A stretch of DNA of 64,000 nt, taken from positions 1,792,001 through 1,856,000 of the forward strand of contig OY970342.1 of assembly GCA_963717505.1 (NCBI GenBank), given 5' to 3'. The position numbers and the translations under genes were made by a program. The notes beneath the pieces were generated by a model that was not told the origin of the DNA, searched no databases, and saw nothing but the letters and a program-made list of their open reading frames with translations. Source of the DNA: Candidatus Eiseniibacteriota bacterium. GTDB taxonomy: Bacteria > Eisenbacteria > RBG-16-71-46. Shown in pieces: positions 19,233-29,704 of the stretch (the stretch's first letter is position 1; each line of letters opens with the position of its first letter).

Positions 19233-20006
19233 CGCCGATGGTCGAGGCCAGCGGGCTCTTCAAGCGCTACGGCGATGTGGTCGCGGTGGACGGCCTGTCG
19301 TTCTCGGTCGAGCCGGGGGAGACATTCGCCCTGATCGGTCCCAACGGCGCCGGCAAGACGACCACGCTCAAGCTCCTGCTCGGACTCGCGCGCCCCGACC
19401 GCGGCACGATCGGGATCGGCCCGGATCGTCTCGCGCCCGGGAGACCCGCGCGCGCGCCGCCAGCTCGGCTACGTCCCGCAGCGTGTCGAGTTCCCGGCCG
19501 GCCGGACGGTCGGCGAAGTCCTGGAGTTCTTCTCGGACCTGAGAGGGCTCGAGCGCTCCGCCGTCGGGCGGGCGCTCGATCGTGCCGGCCTCGGTACCCT
19601 CGCGAACCGCCGAGCCAGCGAGCTGTCGGGCGGCTACACGCAGCGCCTGTCGTTGGCGCAGGCCGTCCTCGGCGACCCGGCGCTGCTCGTGCTCGACGAG
19701 CCGACCGCGAGCCTCGACCCCGAGGCCACCTGGGAATTTCGCACGCTCACCCAGCAACTCCGCCGCGAGGGCGTCACGATCGTCCTGTGCTCGCACCTGT
19801 TGGCCGAGGTCGAGCGCGTGGCGGATCGAGTGCTGATTCTCTCCGAGGGGCGCTGTGCGGCGATCGAGCCAATGGCCGCGTTGCGCGAGCGCCAGGCGCA
19901 GGCGACGCGGATCGCGATGGCCGCGAGCGAGGGCGACCCATCGAAGAACGAGCTACCGACGCTCGAGGACGTCTTCCTCGACGCCGTGCGGGGTAAGTCG
20001 CGATGA
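19229..20006 (+). CDS. nosF: ABC transporter ATPase NosF (frameshift near 19445)
   Basis: [23 protein letters not shown] and SHLL motifs across two frames. Context within the nos cluster. Confidence 0.85.
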
Positions 20007-20410
20007 CCCGTCGCTACGGAATCCTGTTCGTGGTCATGGTGGGGATCGCGCTCGTGGCGATCGCGGTGAGCCGCCTGCCGCGCGCGAGCCGCTCGGTCGC
20101 CAACGCGGTCGAGGCCGCCGAACCGTTGGCGCTCGACGTGTTCCAGGATCGCGTCGTGACCACGCCGGCCGTGATCCCGGTGGGCTCGCGCGTCGAGTTG
20201 ACCGTGGTGAATCACACGATGGCGACGGCGCGAGTCGAGCTGGCGGGCTACGAGGATCGCGTGAGCCACCCGGGGCTCGGGCCTGACAGCACGTGGACGA
20301 CGGCGTTCGTGGCCGACCGTCCCGGCGAGCAATTCGCGTGGATCGTGAATGGCGAACCCCGCGGCCGGCTCGACGTGACCGGGTCGCACCTGGTGGAGGG
20401 GCACCGATGA
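20003..20410 (+). CDS. Membrane-anchored cupredoxin-like protein lacking Cys
   Basis: N-terminal TM segment. 'VIPVGSRVELTVVN..LGPDSTWTTAFVADRPGE' follows a cupredoxin strand pattern. ATGA overlaps on both sides. Confidence 0.6.
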   Translation: MTRRYGILFVVMVGIALVAIAVSRLPRASRSVANAVEAAEPLALDVFQDRVVTTPAVIPVGSRVELTVVNHTMATARVELAGYEDRVSHPGLGPDSTWTTAFVADRPGEQFAWIVNGEPRGRLDVTGSHLVEGHR

Positions 20411-21294
20411 GCGCGGGAGCCGAAGTCGTGCCGAGGGTCGAGGCCCAGGTCGCGCTCGCGGGTTCCGGACGCGTTCGCCGCATTGTGGTCATCGCGCGCG
20501 AGGAGTATCGCCGCGCGCTCGAGAGCCGCTGGCTGTTCGGCTCGGCGGCGTTGCTCGCGGTGCTCATTCTCGGGCTGTCGTTCTTCGGTCTCGGCCAGAG
20601 CCGCGAAGTCGGGTTCCAGGGCTTCGCGCGCGTGACGCTGAGCCTCATGAACCTGGTGCTGATCATCGTGCCGCTCGCCGGGCTCATGCTCGGGGTCGCG
20701 AGCATCACCGGCGCGAGCGGAACCTTGCCGTTGCTGCTGGCGCAGCCGGTCGGCCGCGGCGAGGTGTTCGTCGGCAAGTTCGTCGGGCTGGCGCTCGCCC
20801 TGACCGTTGCGCAGGCCGTCGGTTTTGGAGTCGGCGGCGCGGTGATCGCGGTTCAGGCCGGAATCGAGCAGGTGCCCGCCTTCGCGACACTGACCGTCCT
20901 GTCGTTCGTGCTCGGCTGGGTGACGACCGCGGCGGCGATGTTCCTGGCCGCGTGCTGGCCCGATCGCCTGAAAGCCACCTCGGCCGCACTCGCCCTGTGG
21001 CTGCTGATGGTCATCGCCTACGACCTCGCAGTACTCGGCGCGACCGCGTTGTTCCGCGGGATTCCACTTCAGTCGATTCTGCTGCCGGCGCTGCTGCTCA
21101 ATCCCGTGGACCTGGCGCGAGTGCTGACCATTCTCGCCACCGGATCGGGTGCACTGTTCGGGCCGACGTCGGCCGTGCTGGTGCGCTTCCTGGGCTCCAC
21201 CGGCGGAGTGGCGCTCGGGATCGGCGTCCTGGCCCTGCAGTTGGCGGTGCCGCTGGTGGCAGGCGCCTGGGTGTTCCGCCGCCGCGATTGGTAG
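20407..21294 (+). CDS. nosY: ABC permease NosY
   Basis: 'IAREEYRRALESRW', 'SLMNLVLIIVPL', 'LLLAQPVGRGEVFVGKF', 'LLNPVDLAR', 'FRRRDW'. Confidence 0.88.
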   Translation: MSAGAEVVPRVEAQVALAGSGRVRRIVVIAREEYRRALESRWLFGSAALLAVLILGLSFFGLGQSREVGFQGFARVTLSLMNLVLIIVPLAGLMLGVASITGASGTLPLLLAQPVGRGEVFVGKFVGLALALTVAQAVGFGVGGAVIAVQAGIEQVPAFATLTVLSFVLGWVTTAAAMFLAACWPDRLKATSAALALWLLMVIAYDLAVLGATALFRGIPLQSILLPALLLNPVDLARVLTILATGSGALFGPTSAVLVRFLGSTGGVALGIGVLALQLAVPLVAGAWVFRRRDW

Positions 21295-21373
21295 GAACAT
21301 GAAGTTGCCATAGAGTGGCGTGGTCGCCGGGGGCGATGACGCCGGGAGAATCGCGAGAGGACGAGGAGGAATC

Positions 21374-21894
21374 ATGTTCGGTCTTCCCCTGCACCCGTCG
21401 GTGGTTCACGTGCCCCTGGGCATTGCCTTGGTCCTGCCGTTGGTGGCGGTCCTCATGTTCCTCGGGATCCTCCGCGGCCTGCTGCCGGCGCGGTCCTGGT
21501 GGGTGATCCTCGTGTTGCAGGCGGTGATGCTGACCGCTGGATTCGTCGCGCAGTCGAGCGGCGAGAAGGACGAGGAGGTGGTCGAAGAGATCGTGCCGGA
21601 AGAGGCGATCCACGATCACGAGACCAAGGCCAAGCAATTCATTCTGACCATGGACCTCGCGGTGCTCCTGTCGATCGGGGCGCTGGCCACGGCGGCAGCC
21701 AAAGTCGGGAGGCTGGTGCTGATTCTCGCCACGCTCGCGACGTTCCTGACCGCGGGGATGGCCATGCGGACCGGCCACGCCGGCGGCGAGTGCTGGTGTA
21801 CGTGCACGGCGCGGCGACGGCGCACACCGACGAAGGCGTGCCCGCGGTGGATGAGCATGGCGAGACGCCGGAGGCGGAACCCGCGCGAGACTAG
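21374..21894 (+). CDS. DUF2231-like His-containing membrane protein (frameshift near 21790)
   Basis: 'LHPSVVHVPLG', 'IHDHE', 'TGHAGGE/LVYVHGA'. GAGGAGG RBS. Confidence 0.7.
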
Positions 21895-21913
21895 CGCGGC
21901 CGGTCGCTGAGCC

Positions 21914-23767
21914 ATGGCGAAAGCGGTGGATTCGAACCGGATCCCCCGCTGGTTGTTCGCCGACGCCCTGGTCTTCCTGGTCGCACTCGCATTCCGGTGG
22001 TCGTTCATCCTGCGGGTTCAGGGCTCGGTGCTCGCCGGCAGTCTGATCAGCGACGAAGAGATCTACTGGCGCTGGAGCGATCACATCCTGGCCGCGGGAC
22101 CGGTGGGGCCCCATCCGTTCTTCATGGGGCCGCTCTATCCCTACCTGCTGGCCCTGGGGCGGGACTTCTTCGCCATCTCCCGGCCGGAAACCGTCGTGTT
22201 GATTCAAGGCGTGCTCGGCGCTCTGGCGTGCGCGCTGCTCACCGATGCCTGTCGCCGCTTCGTTTCGCTCGTGCCCGCGGTCGCGATCGGAATCCTGGCC
22301 GCGGGGTACTCGATGGCCATACTGCACGACGGTCTCGTGTTGATGGAGTCGATGGTCTTCCTCCTCAGTGCGCTCTTGATCTGGACGGTCGCGCGATTCG
22401 ATTCCCTGGGGACGTCCCCGAAATGGACCGCCGTCGCAGGCCTCGTCCTCGGTCTGCTGACCCTGTGCCGCGGCACCTTCGCGATCGCGCTGCTCCCGCT
22501 GGCGCTCGCGATCCGAACCGCCGGCGGACGGTGGACGAGCCGCGCGACGCTGGCCCTCGCCGGCTCGTTCCTCGCTGTGTGCTTGCCGGCGACGATTCAC
22601 AACTACGTCGCCAGTCGTGAGTTCATCCCGCTGACCTACAACCTGGGCTTCAACTTCTGCGTCGGGAACAATCCGGACGCAACCGGGAGCTTCGTCGTCA
22701 TGGGTCGCCCGACCCCGCAGGTCCTGGAACACGCGGCATTCCAGGGGGGAGCGGTGGCGGACGGGCGCGGCGATCTGGAGGCGAAAATCGGCCGTCTGAT
22801 CTCGCCGCGCGAAAGCTCCGAGATCTGGCTCCGATCCGGTATCGACTTCGTCCTCCAACATCCTGTCGACGCCCTGGTCCTCACGCTCAACAAACTGGCG
22901 ATGATGCTCAATCATCGTGAATACCATCAGATCGAGGCACTGGCCGTGTTCGAACGAACCGTGGGGCGGGCCGGCTTCGCGCCGTTCGCGGTGGTTGCGC
23001 TGCTGTCGTTCCCGGTGTTCGGGATGGGTTCGGTCCCGATGCTGTGCGGTTTCGCGCGCGGGGTGGCGATCCTGCTGGTGATCGCCACCGTGCCGTTCTT
23101 CGTGACCGACCGATATCGACTGCAGATCGTTCCCTATCTCCTGGTGCTGGCGGCGTTCGCCATCGATCGCGGCATGCTGCTCTTGAGGAAACCTCGGCGG
23201 CCGGCGCTGCGCGGTCCGCTGCTGGCCGCGACCGTGGGGACGGTGGTCCTGTTCCTGCCCCTGCGCTATCCGAGCATTCATCGGCAGGACTGGGCGATCG
23301 CGGGCGATCTCGGCGACCGATGGCTGGAAAAGGGTGATCCGGAGGCCGCGCTGCGTCAGTACGCGGTGGCGCTCGATATCGAGGAGCGGGGACTGCTGCC
23401 CGCAGGCGGAGGAGCAACGGCGACCAACGCGCGCGCCGGTCTACGCGAGAACATCTCGATCGCGCTGCTCGCGATCGGCGACACGACCGGAGCGCTGTTC
23501 GCGGCGGAGGAGGCCTGGCTCATGGCGCCCGAGGAGCCGTCGTTGCGCTGGCGTCGCGGCCTCCTGTTGGCGCTGACCGGCGACTGCGTCGAGGCCCGGC
23601 GCATGGCGGGCTCCGCGGCCACGGCGCAGCAGTGGTCGGAGCGAATTCGGGAGGCGGCGAAGAGTATGGAAGAAATGGAGAAAGCCAGGCACATCCAGGC
23701 CAGCCGCTGTCTGGAGCACGCGATGAACGCTGTTACGCCGGAAAGCGGTCAGGCAGCGCAAGAATAG
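21914..23767 (+). CDS. GT-C (ArnT/PMT-like) membrane glycosyltransferase with C-terminal TPR-like region
   Basis: 'SDEEIY', 'FFMGPLYPYLLA', 'GFNFCVGNNPDATG', 'FFVTDRYRL'. Many TM helices. Confidence 0.75.
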   Translation: MAKAVDSNRIPRWLFADALVFLVALAFRWSFILRVQGSVLAGSLISDEEIYWRWSDHILAAGPVGPHPFFMGPLYPYLLALGRDFFAISRPETVVLIQGVLGALACALLTDACRRFVSLVPAVAIGILAAGYSMAILHDGLVLMESMVFLLSALLIWTVARFDSLGTSPKWTAVAGLVLGLLTLCRGTFAIALLPLALAIRTAGGRWTSRATLALAGSFLAVCLPATIHNYVASREFIPLTYNLGFNFCVGNNPDATGSFVVMGRPTPQVLEHAAFQGGAVADGRGDLEAKIGRLISPRESSEIWLRSGIDFVLQHPVDALVLTLNKLAMMLNHREYHQIEALAVFERTVGRAGFAPFAVVALLSFPVFGMGSVPMLCGFARGVAILLVIATVPFFVTDRYRLQIVPYLLVLAAFAIDRGMLLLRKPRRPALRGPLLAATVGTVVLFLPLRYPSIHRQDWAIAGDLGDRWLEKGDPEAALRQYAVALDIEERGLLPAGGGATATNARAGLRENISIALLAIGDTTGALFAAEEAWLMAPEEPSLRWRRGLLLALTGDCVEARRMAGSAATAQQWSERIREAAKSMEEMEKARHIQASRCLEHAMNAVTPESGQAAQE

Positions 23768-23858
23768 TCATTGAGATCGCAGGGCGGAGGACTATCCTTA
23801 TTGGCGTTGGACGGCCAACGGCGCTGGTGATGCTCGCCGAAGCGAGAGGAGGCGTTCT

Positions 23859-26315
23859 GTGTTTCGTGCACCCTCGTCCCCGTCAGGTGTCCTGATCGCG
23901 GTCGTTACCCTCGGTTCGCCGCTGCTCGCGCTGGCACTCGCGTCACAGGACGTCTCGGCTCGCACGCGATTCGAGTCCCGAGCAACGATTCTCGTGACCG
24001 GAAAGATTCCAGTCAGCGTCGAGCGCGGAGACCTCGACGGCGATGGCCGGCCGGACCTCGTTGCAGCGGAGGCGCGGGACGGAACGGTATCGGTGTGGCT
24101 CAACCAGGGGCAGCGCCGCTTTGCCAAAGGCGCGTCGTACGCCACCGGGTCGTTTCCGACATCACTGGCGCTCGGCGATTGCGACGGCGATGGGTGGCTC
24201 GACCTGGCTGTCGCGCACAACGGCGATGCGACCCTTCGTGTGTTGAGCGGCAACGGTGACGGAACATTCGACGCACCAATCACCGTCGGCGCCTTTCCGC
24301 AGGTTCGCAAGATCGCCCTCCACGATCTGAATGCGGACGGCAATCTGGATCTCGTCGCCGTTGGCGACGCGGACTCGCTGGTGGTTTTTGGTGGCAGCGG
24401 GACCGGGACATTCCCCGCGCGGACGTCCTACGTGGTGAATGATAATCCCTACGCGATCGACTTCGGGGATGTCGACACCAACGGCCAGGTCGACATCGCA
24501 GTGGCGCACATCGGTAGTAGTCTCGTGTCGATGCTGTTCGGACAGGGCGGCGGCGCATTCGCGCCGCGAGTCGATCTCGACGTCGGCGGCATCCAGTTCG
24601 CGGTTTCCGTGGCGGATCTCGACGGTGATTCCAAGTTGGACCTCTTGGTCTCACGGAGTTCTGGGGTGGCATGGCGGGCCGGCAATGGATCCGGCGGTTT
24701 CGGGGGCATCGTCGCGTTGCCCATCCCACCCGCCAACAACCTGTTTGTCGCAGACCTGGATGGCGACGGGCATCAGGACGTCATCACGGAGAAGAACACC
24801 CTGTTGCGCCATGGAGATGGCTCGACCAAGATCGTCCACCACGCAATCGGGCGTGATCCGGTCGACGGCGCCGCCGGCGATCTCGACGGTGACGGCAAGC
24901 TGGACCTCGCATTCGGTCACTCGCCCAATGCCCATCTGTGGCTCCACTTTGGCAACGGCGACGGTACCTTCGGGACCGACAGCGAGTACCCGGCGGCGTT
25001 CTCTCCTGGGGCACTCGCACTCGGTGATCTCAACCGCGACGGCTGGCTGGACGTGGTGACGGTCAGCGACTACGACGTGGGGAATAGCACTTTTTCGGTC
25101 AGCCTCGGCGTCGGCGGAGGCGCCCTGGGCCCCAAGACCGACTATCCCATTCCCTACTATCCAATGGACGCAGCCCTCGGCGACGTCAACGGCGACGAGG
25201 TCCTGGACGTAGCGTTGGTCAGGAGGAGCCCGCACGCGCTGATCGTCAGGCTGGGGCTGGGCAACGGGACGTTCGGTCCGGATACTGTATATCCGTCGAT
25301 CGTGGAGCCTCTCTCGGTCGAAATTGCCGACCTGGACCACGATGGCCTTCAGGATTTTGTCGTGGGGGGAACAGCTTCGTCGTCGGGCCAAGTGTCCGTT
25401 CATCGCGGCGGAGCCTTCGGCGGGTACATCACCCACACGGAGTATCCAGGTGGCCCTTACGTGACGTTGGGGGACTGGAACTCGGACGGCCATCTGGACT
25501 TCGTGGGTCCTTACATATCGATTGGATTGAACGTGGGTTTGGGGATTGGCAACGGAGCGTTCTCGAGCCAGGTCGGCCCGCCGGTTCGGGGATACTCCAT
25601 GGTGGCGGCAGATCTGAATCTCGATGGCGCACTCGACCTTGCCGGCGGCATCCCCAATGCCGCGCTCGATTACTTCGACGAAGACAGCGTGGCGATCTTC
25701 CAAGGCCACGGCGACGGCACGTTCGAGCTTCAGGCCACGCTCCCGGTGGGTATGGAGCCCCAGTTTGGTGCCAGCGGCGACCTCGACCGGGATGGGGATT
25801 TCGATCTCGTGTTCGCAAACAGATCTTCGAATTCCATCACGGTTCTCTACAACACCCCGGCCGGCATCGGCACCGACGTCGAGCACCTTGCGACCGCCGG
25901 AACCCCTCACACGATTGCCGTCGGGGACATGGATGCCGACGGGTGGCCGGACCTCGTCGTCACCACCTCGTTCAACAGCTCGGTCTCGGTGATGCGCAAT
26001 CTGGGTGCGACGGTGGTAGATGCACCGCGAGACTTGCGCGGAGGATTGCGAATGGTCGCCGGTCCCAATCCGGCCCAGCGTGACGTTCGTTTCGCAATCA
26101 CTCTGCCCAGGACGGGTCATGTGTCCCTGCGCATCTACGATGTGATGGGCCGGGTCGTCCGAGAGCTGTGGACGGGTCCGCTCGACGCCGGGGCACGGGT
26201 GATGGCTTGGGACCGGCGCACGACCCAGGGCCATCGTGTTCCCGCAGGTGTCTACCTGGCCGAGTTGGCGATGGGCGCCGAGCGAGCGACGGGCCGGATC
26301 GTCGTCCTGCCCTAG
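23859..26315 (+). CDS. FG-GAP/VCBS repeat secreted protein with FlgD-like CTD
   Basis: Many 'DxDGDGxxDL' repeats. C-terminus 'PNP..LRIYDVMGR..WDRRTTQGHRVPAGVYLA'. Confidence 0.88.
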   Translation: MFRAPSSPSGVLIAVVTLGSPLLALALASQDVSARTRFESRATILVTGKIPVSVERGDLDGDGRPDLVAAEARDGTVSVWLNQGQRRFAKGASYATGSFPTSLALGDCDGDGWLDLAVAHNGDATLRVLSGNGDGTFDAPITVGAFPQVRKIALHDLNADGNLDLVAVGDADSLVVFGGSGTGTFPARTSYVVNDNPYAIDFGDVDTNGQVDIAVAHIGSSLVSMLFGQGGGAFAPRVDLDVGGIQFAVSVADLDGDSKLDLLVSRSSGVAWRAGNGSGGFGGIVALPIPPANNLFVADLDGDGHQDVITEKNTLLRHGDGSTKIVHHAIGRDPVDGAAGDLDGDGKLDLAFGHSPNAHLWLHFGNGDGTFGTDSEYPAAFSPGALALGDLNRDGWLDVVTVSDYDVGNSTFSVSLGVGGGALGPKTDYPIPYYPMDAALGDVNGDEVLDVALVRRSPHALIVRLGLGNGTFGPDTVYPSIVEPLSVEIADLDHDGLQDFVVGGTASSSGQVSVHRGGAFGGYITHTEYPGGPYVTLGDWNSDGHLDFVGPYISIGLNVGLGIGNGAFSSQVGPPVRGYSMVAADLNLDGALDLAGGIPNAALDYFDEDSVAIFQGHGDGTFELQATLPVGMEPQFGASGDLDRDGDFDLVFANRSSNSITVLYNTPAGIGTDVEHLATAGTPHTIAVGDMDADGWPDLVVTTSFNSSVSVMRNLGATVVDAPRDLRGGLRMVAGPNPAQRDVRFAITLPRTGHVSLRIYDVMGRVVRELWTGPLDAGARVMAWDRRTTQGHRVPAGVYLAELAMGAERATGRIVVLP

Positions 26316-26335
26316 GTCGGTCGCCGGACGATTCC

Positions 26336-29081
26336 CTACGCCTCGCGCGGCTCCGTCGCCTCGGGGTTGATCCCGAACTCCTGGATCGCGCGCGCCACCA
26401 CGCCCGGCGCCACGAGACTCTGCTCGCACAGCGCCGACAGCGTCGCAACCACGATGTGCTCGGCGTCGATCTCGAAGTGCCGGCGCAGCGCGTCGCGCGT
26501 GTCGCTGCGGCCGAAGCCGTCGGTGCCAAGCGGCACGAACGGGCGCGGCACCCAGCGCGCCACCATGTCGGGCACCGACTTCATGAAGTCGGTCACCGCG
26601 ACCACCGGTCCGGTCGCCTGGGCCAGGGCGCGGGTCACGTACGGCACGCGCGCGGTCTCGCCCGGATGCAGGCGGTTCCAGCGCTCGGCCGAAAGCGCGT
26701 CGTTGCGCAACTGCTGGTAGCTGGTCACGCTCCACACGTCGGCGGCGACGTCGAAGCGCTCGGCCAGGATTTCCTGCGCACGCAACGCCGCCAGCACGGT
26801 GACGCCGCTGCCCAGGATCTGCGCGCGATGCTGCGCCTTCTGCACTGCGGCGCGGTACAGGTAGATGCCGCGCACGATGCCGTCCTCGACGTCCGACGGC
26901 ATGGCCGGCATCGAGTAGTCCTGGTTGTAGAGCGTCAGGTAGTAGAAGACGTCTTCGCCGTCGACGTACATGCGCTTGAGACCGTCGCGGATGATGGTCG
27001 CGACTTCGTACGCGAACGCCGGGTCGTAGGCCTTGATGCACGGAATGGTCGAGGCCAGCACGTGGCTATGACCGTCCTCGTGCTGCAGGCCTTCGCCGTT
27101 CAGCGTCGTGCGTCCGGCGGTGGCGCCGAGCAGGAAGCCGCGGCCGCGCGCGTCGCCGAACGCCCAGGCGAGGTCGCCGATCCGCTGGAAACCGAACATG
27201 GAATAGAAGATGTAGAACGGAATCATCGGCTCGCCATGCGTCGCGTAGCTGGTGCCGGCGGCGGTGAATGACGCCATCGAGCCGGCCTCGGTGATCCCTT
27301 CCTCGAGCAGCTGGCCGTCGGCCTTCTCGGTGTACGACAGCACCAGCTTGGAGTCGACCGACTCGTACTTCTGACCGAACGGCGCATAGATGCCGATCTC
27401 GCGGAACAGCACCTCCATGCCGAACGTGCGCGCCTCGTCGGGGATGATCGGCACGACCCGCTTGCCCCAGTTGGTGTCGCGCAACAGATTGCGCAGCAGC
27501 TTGGCGAACACCATGGTGGTCGAGACCGCCTGAGTCCCAGCGGTGCCCTGCGCGAACTCGGTGAAGACCTTGTCGGACGCGACCGGCAGCGGCTTGGACC
27601 GCACGACGCGGTGCGGCACGAACCCGCCGAGCGCCTGGCGCCGCTCCTGCACGTAGCGGAACTCGTCGCTGTGCTCGCCCGGATGGTAGAAGGGCGGATC
27701 GTCGAGCTTGCGATCCGGAATCGGCAGCTCGAGCCGGTCGCGGAACTTCTTCAGCTCGTCGAGCTTTATCTTCTTCAGCTGGTGGGTCATGTTGCGCGCT
27801 TCGGCGCCGGGAATGCGTCCAGCCCTTGACCGTTTTGGCGAGGATCGCGGTCGGCTGGCCCGTGTGCTGGACCGCGGCCGCGTAGGCGGCGTAGACCTTG
27901 CGATAGTCGTGGCCGCCGCGGCGGAGCGCGCGGATCTCTTCGTCGCTCAGATGCTCGACCATCTTGAGCGTGCGCGGATCCTTGCCGAAGAAGTGCTCGC
28001 GAATGTAGGCGCCGCTCTCGAGCGAATAGCGCTGCCATTCGCCGTCGACCGTGTCGTTCATGTTCTCGACCAGCGCCCCGTCGTAGTCCTGGGCGAGCAG
28101 GGCGTCCCACTCACGGCCCCAGACCACCTTGATCACGTTCCAGCCGGCGCCGGTGAAGATCGACTCCAGCTCCTGGATGACCTTGCCGTTGCCGCGCACC
28201 GGGCCGTCGAGCCGCTGCAGGTTGCAGTTGACCACGAACGTCAGGTTGTCGAGCTGCTCGCGCGCGGCAAGCGACAGAGCACCCGTCGCCTCGGGCTCGT
28301 CCATCTCGCCGTCGCCGAGGAACGCCCACACGCGGCTGTGCGAGGTGTCCTTGATCTTGCGAGCATTGAGGTAACGGTTGAAGCGCGCCTGGTAGATTGC
28401 GTTGATCGGGCCGAGCCCCATCGACACCGTCGGGAACTCCCAGAATTCGGGCATCAGTCGCGGATGCGGGTAGGACGACAGCCCCTTGCCGGACTCGATC
28501 TCGCGGCGGAAGTGCTCGAGGTGGTCTTGCGTCAGGCGGCCTTCGAGGAACGCGCGGCCGTAGATCCCGGGTGCGGCGTGACCCTGGAAGAAGACCTGGT
28601 CGCCGAAGCGGCCCTCGGACTTGCCGTGGAAGAAGTGGTTGAATCCGACTTCGTAGAGGCTGGCGCTCGAAGCGTAGGTCGAAAGGTGCCCGCCGATCCC
28701 GGCGAAACGCTGGTTCGCGCGCAACACCATGACCGCGGCGTTCCAGCGAATGATCCGCCGGATGCGCAGCTCCATGGCTTCGTCGCCCGGGAACTCCGGT
28801 TCCTGCTCGGGCGAGATCGTGTTGATGTAGCGCGACTGGACGAGCCCCGGCAGCCCGACTCGCAGTTGGCGGGCGCGCTTGAGCAGACGCCGCAGAATGA
28901 ACTCGGCGCGCTCGTGACTCACGCCCTGGGCGATGTCGTCGAGGGCGTCGAGCCACTCCTGGGTTTCTTGTGGATCCAGGTCCGGGAGCTGGCGCTTGAA
29001 ACTCTCGAGGTCGATGCGCGGGATCTGGTACTCCTCGGGTGGTTCCGGGGTGTAGGTCTCGTTGCGGGTCTCGGTGCTCAT
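26336..29081 (-). CDS. aceE: Pyruvate dehydrogenase E1, homodimeric type (frameshift near 27815)
   Basis: 'ETQEWLDAL', 'GGHLSTYAS', 'SSYPHP', '[10 protein letters not shown]', '[11 protein letters not shown]', '[10 protein letters not shown]', '[11 protein letters not shown]', '[10 protein letters not shown]'. Confidence 0.95.
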
Positions 29082-29307
29082 TTGGGTCTCATCGGGGTCG
29101 TCGTGTCCTCGGTGGGCCAGGAAGGGGTTGGCGGCCCGGCCCCAGGCATTAGCTTTCGGCCTCTTCAGTGCCATGGAATATACCGCGATTGCGGAGGTGC
29201 CCAAAGTCCCGCCGCCACAAGCCGATAACTCCTGTTGCCGCGAGATGATCCGACAGCGAGAGGAAAGGTGAGATTCGGCCGCGCAAAGCCCCCGATAAGA
29301 TCGAGTC

Positions 29308-29629
29308 ATGCGAACGCTCTTCCTTCAAATCCTCGGCGCGATTCTCCTTACCTTGGCCGGCGGGCACGTGGCACGGGCCAACGCCGACATCATCTTCGAC
29401 ACCTTCGATGAAGGCGGAGCATTCCACCCGACAGACAACGCGGTTGCCGCCAAAAGCCAGCGGCCAGAACCCGGTGCCAACTACCGTTCGGTTGGCTGCC
29501 CAGTTCCGCGTGGTGGGTGGCGACTATGCACTCAGCGTCAAGGGCCGCCGTGTCGCGCCCGGGATCTACACCGTGCGGGTCCTGGCGGACGGTGGAGAAG
29601 CGCGTCGCAGAGTCGTGGTGATCCCGTAG
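29308..29629 (+). pseudogene. Deleted and frameshifted remnant of a secreted CTD protein
   Basis: Signal peptide MRTLFLQ..ANA-DIIFDTF, then a frameshift, then only the last ~30 aa of a CTD ('GRRVAPGIYTVRVLADG..RRVVVIP'). Confidence 0.5.
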
Positions 29630-29704
29630 TAGTCAGGGCCGAGAGCGCAGGTGTATCCTCCCAGGCCCGCAGTCGCCACGGTCCCTGATGGAGGAGCCTC
29701 CCCA

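Noticed and set aside
21295-21373. Possible sigma-54 site before the DUF2231-like gene (GGAACATGAAGTTGC)
   Set aside because: GG-GC spacing is 11 rather than the required 10.
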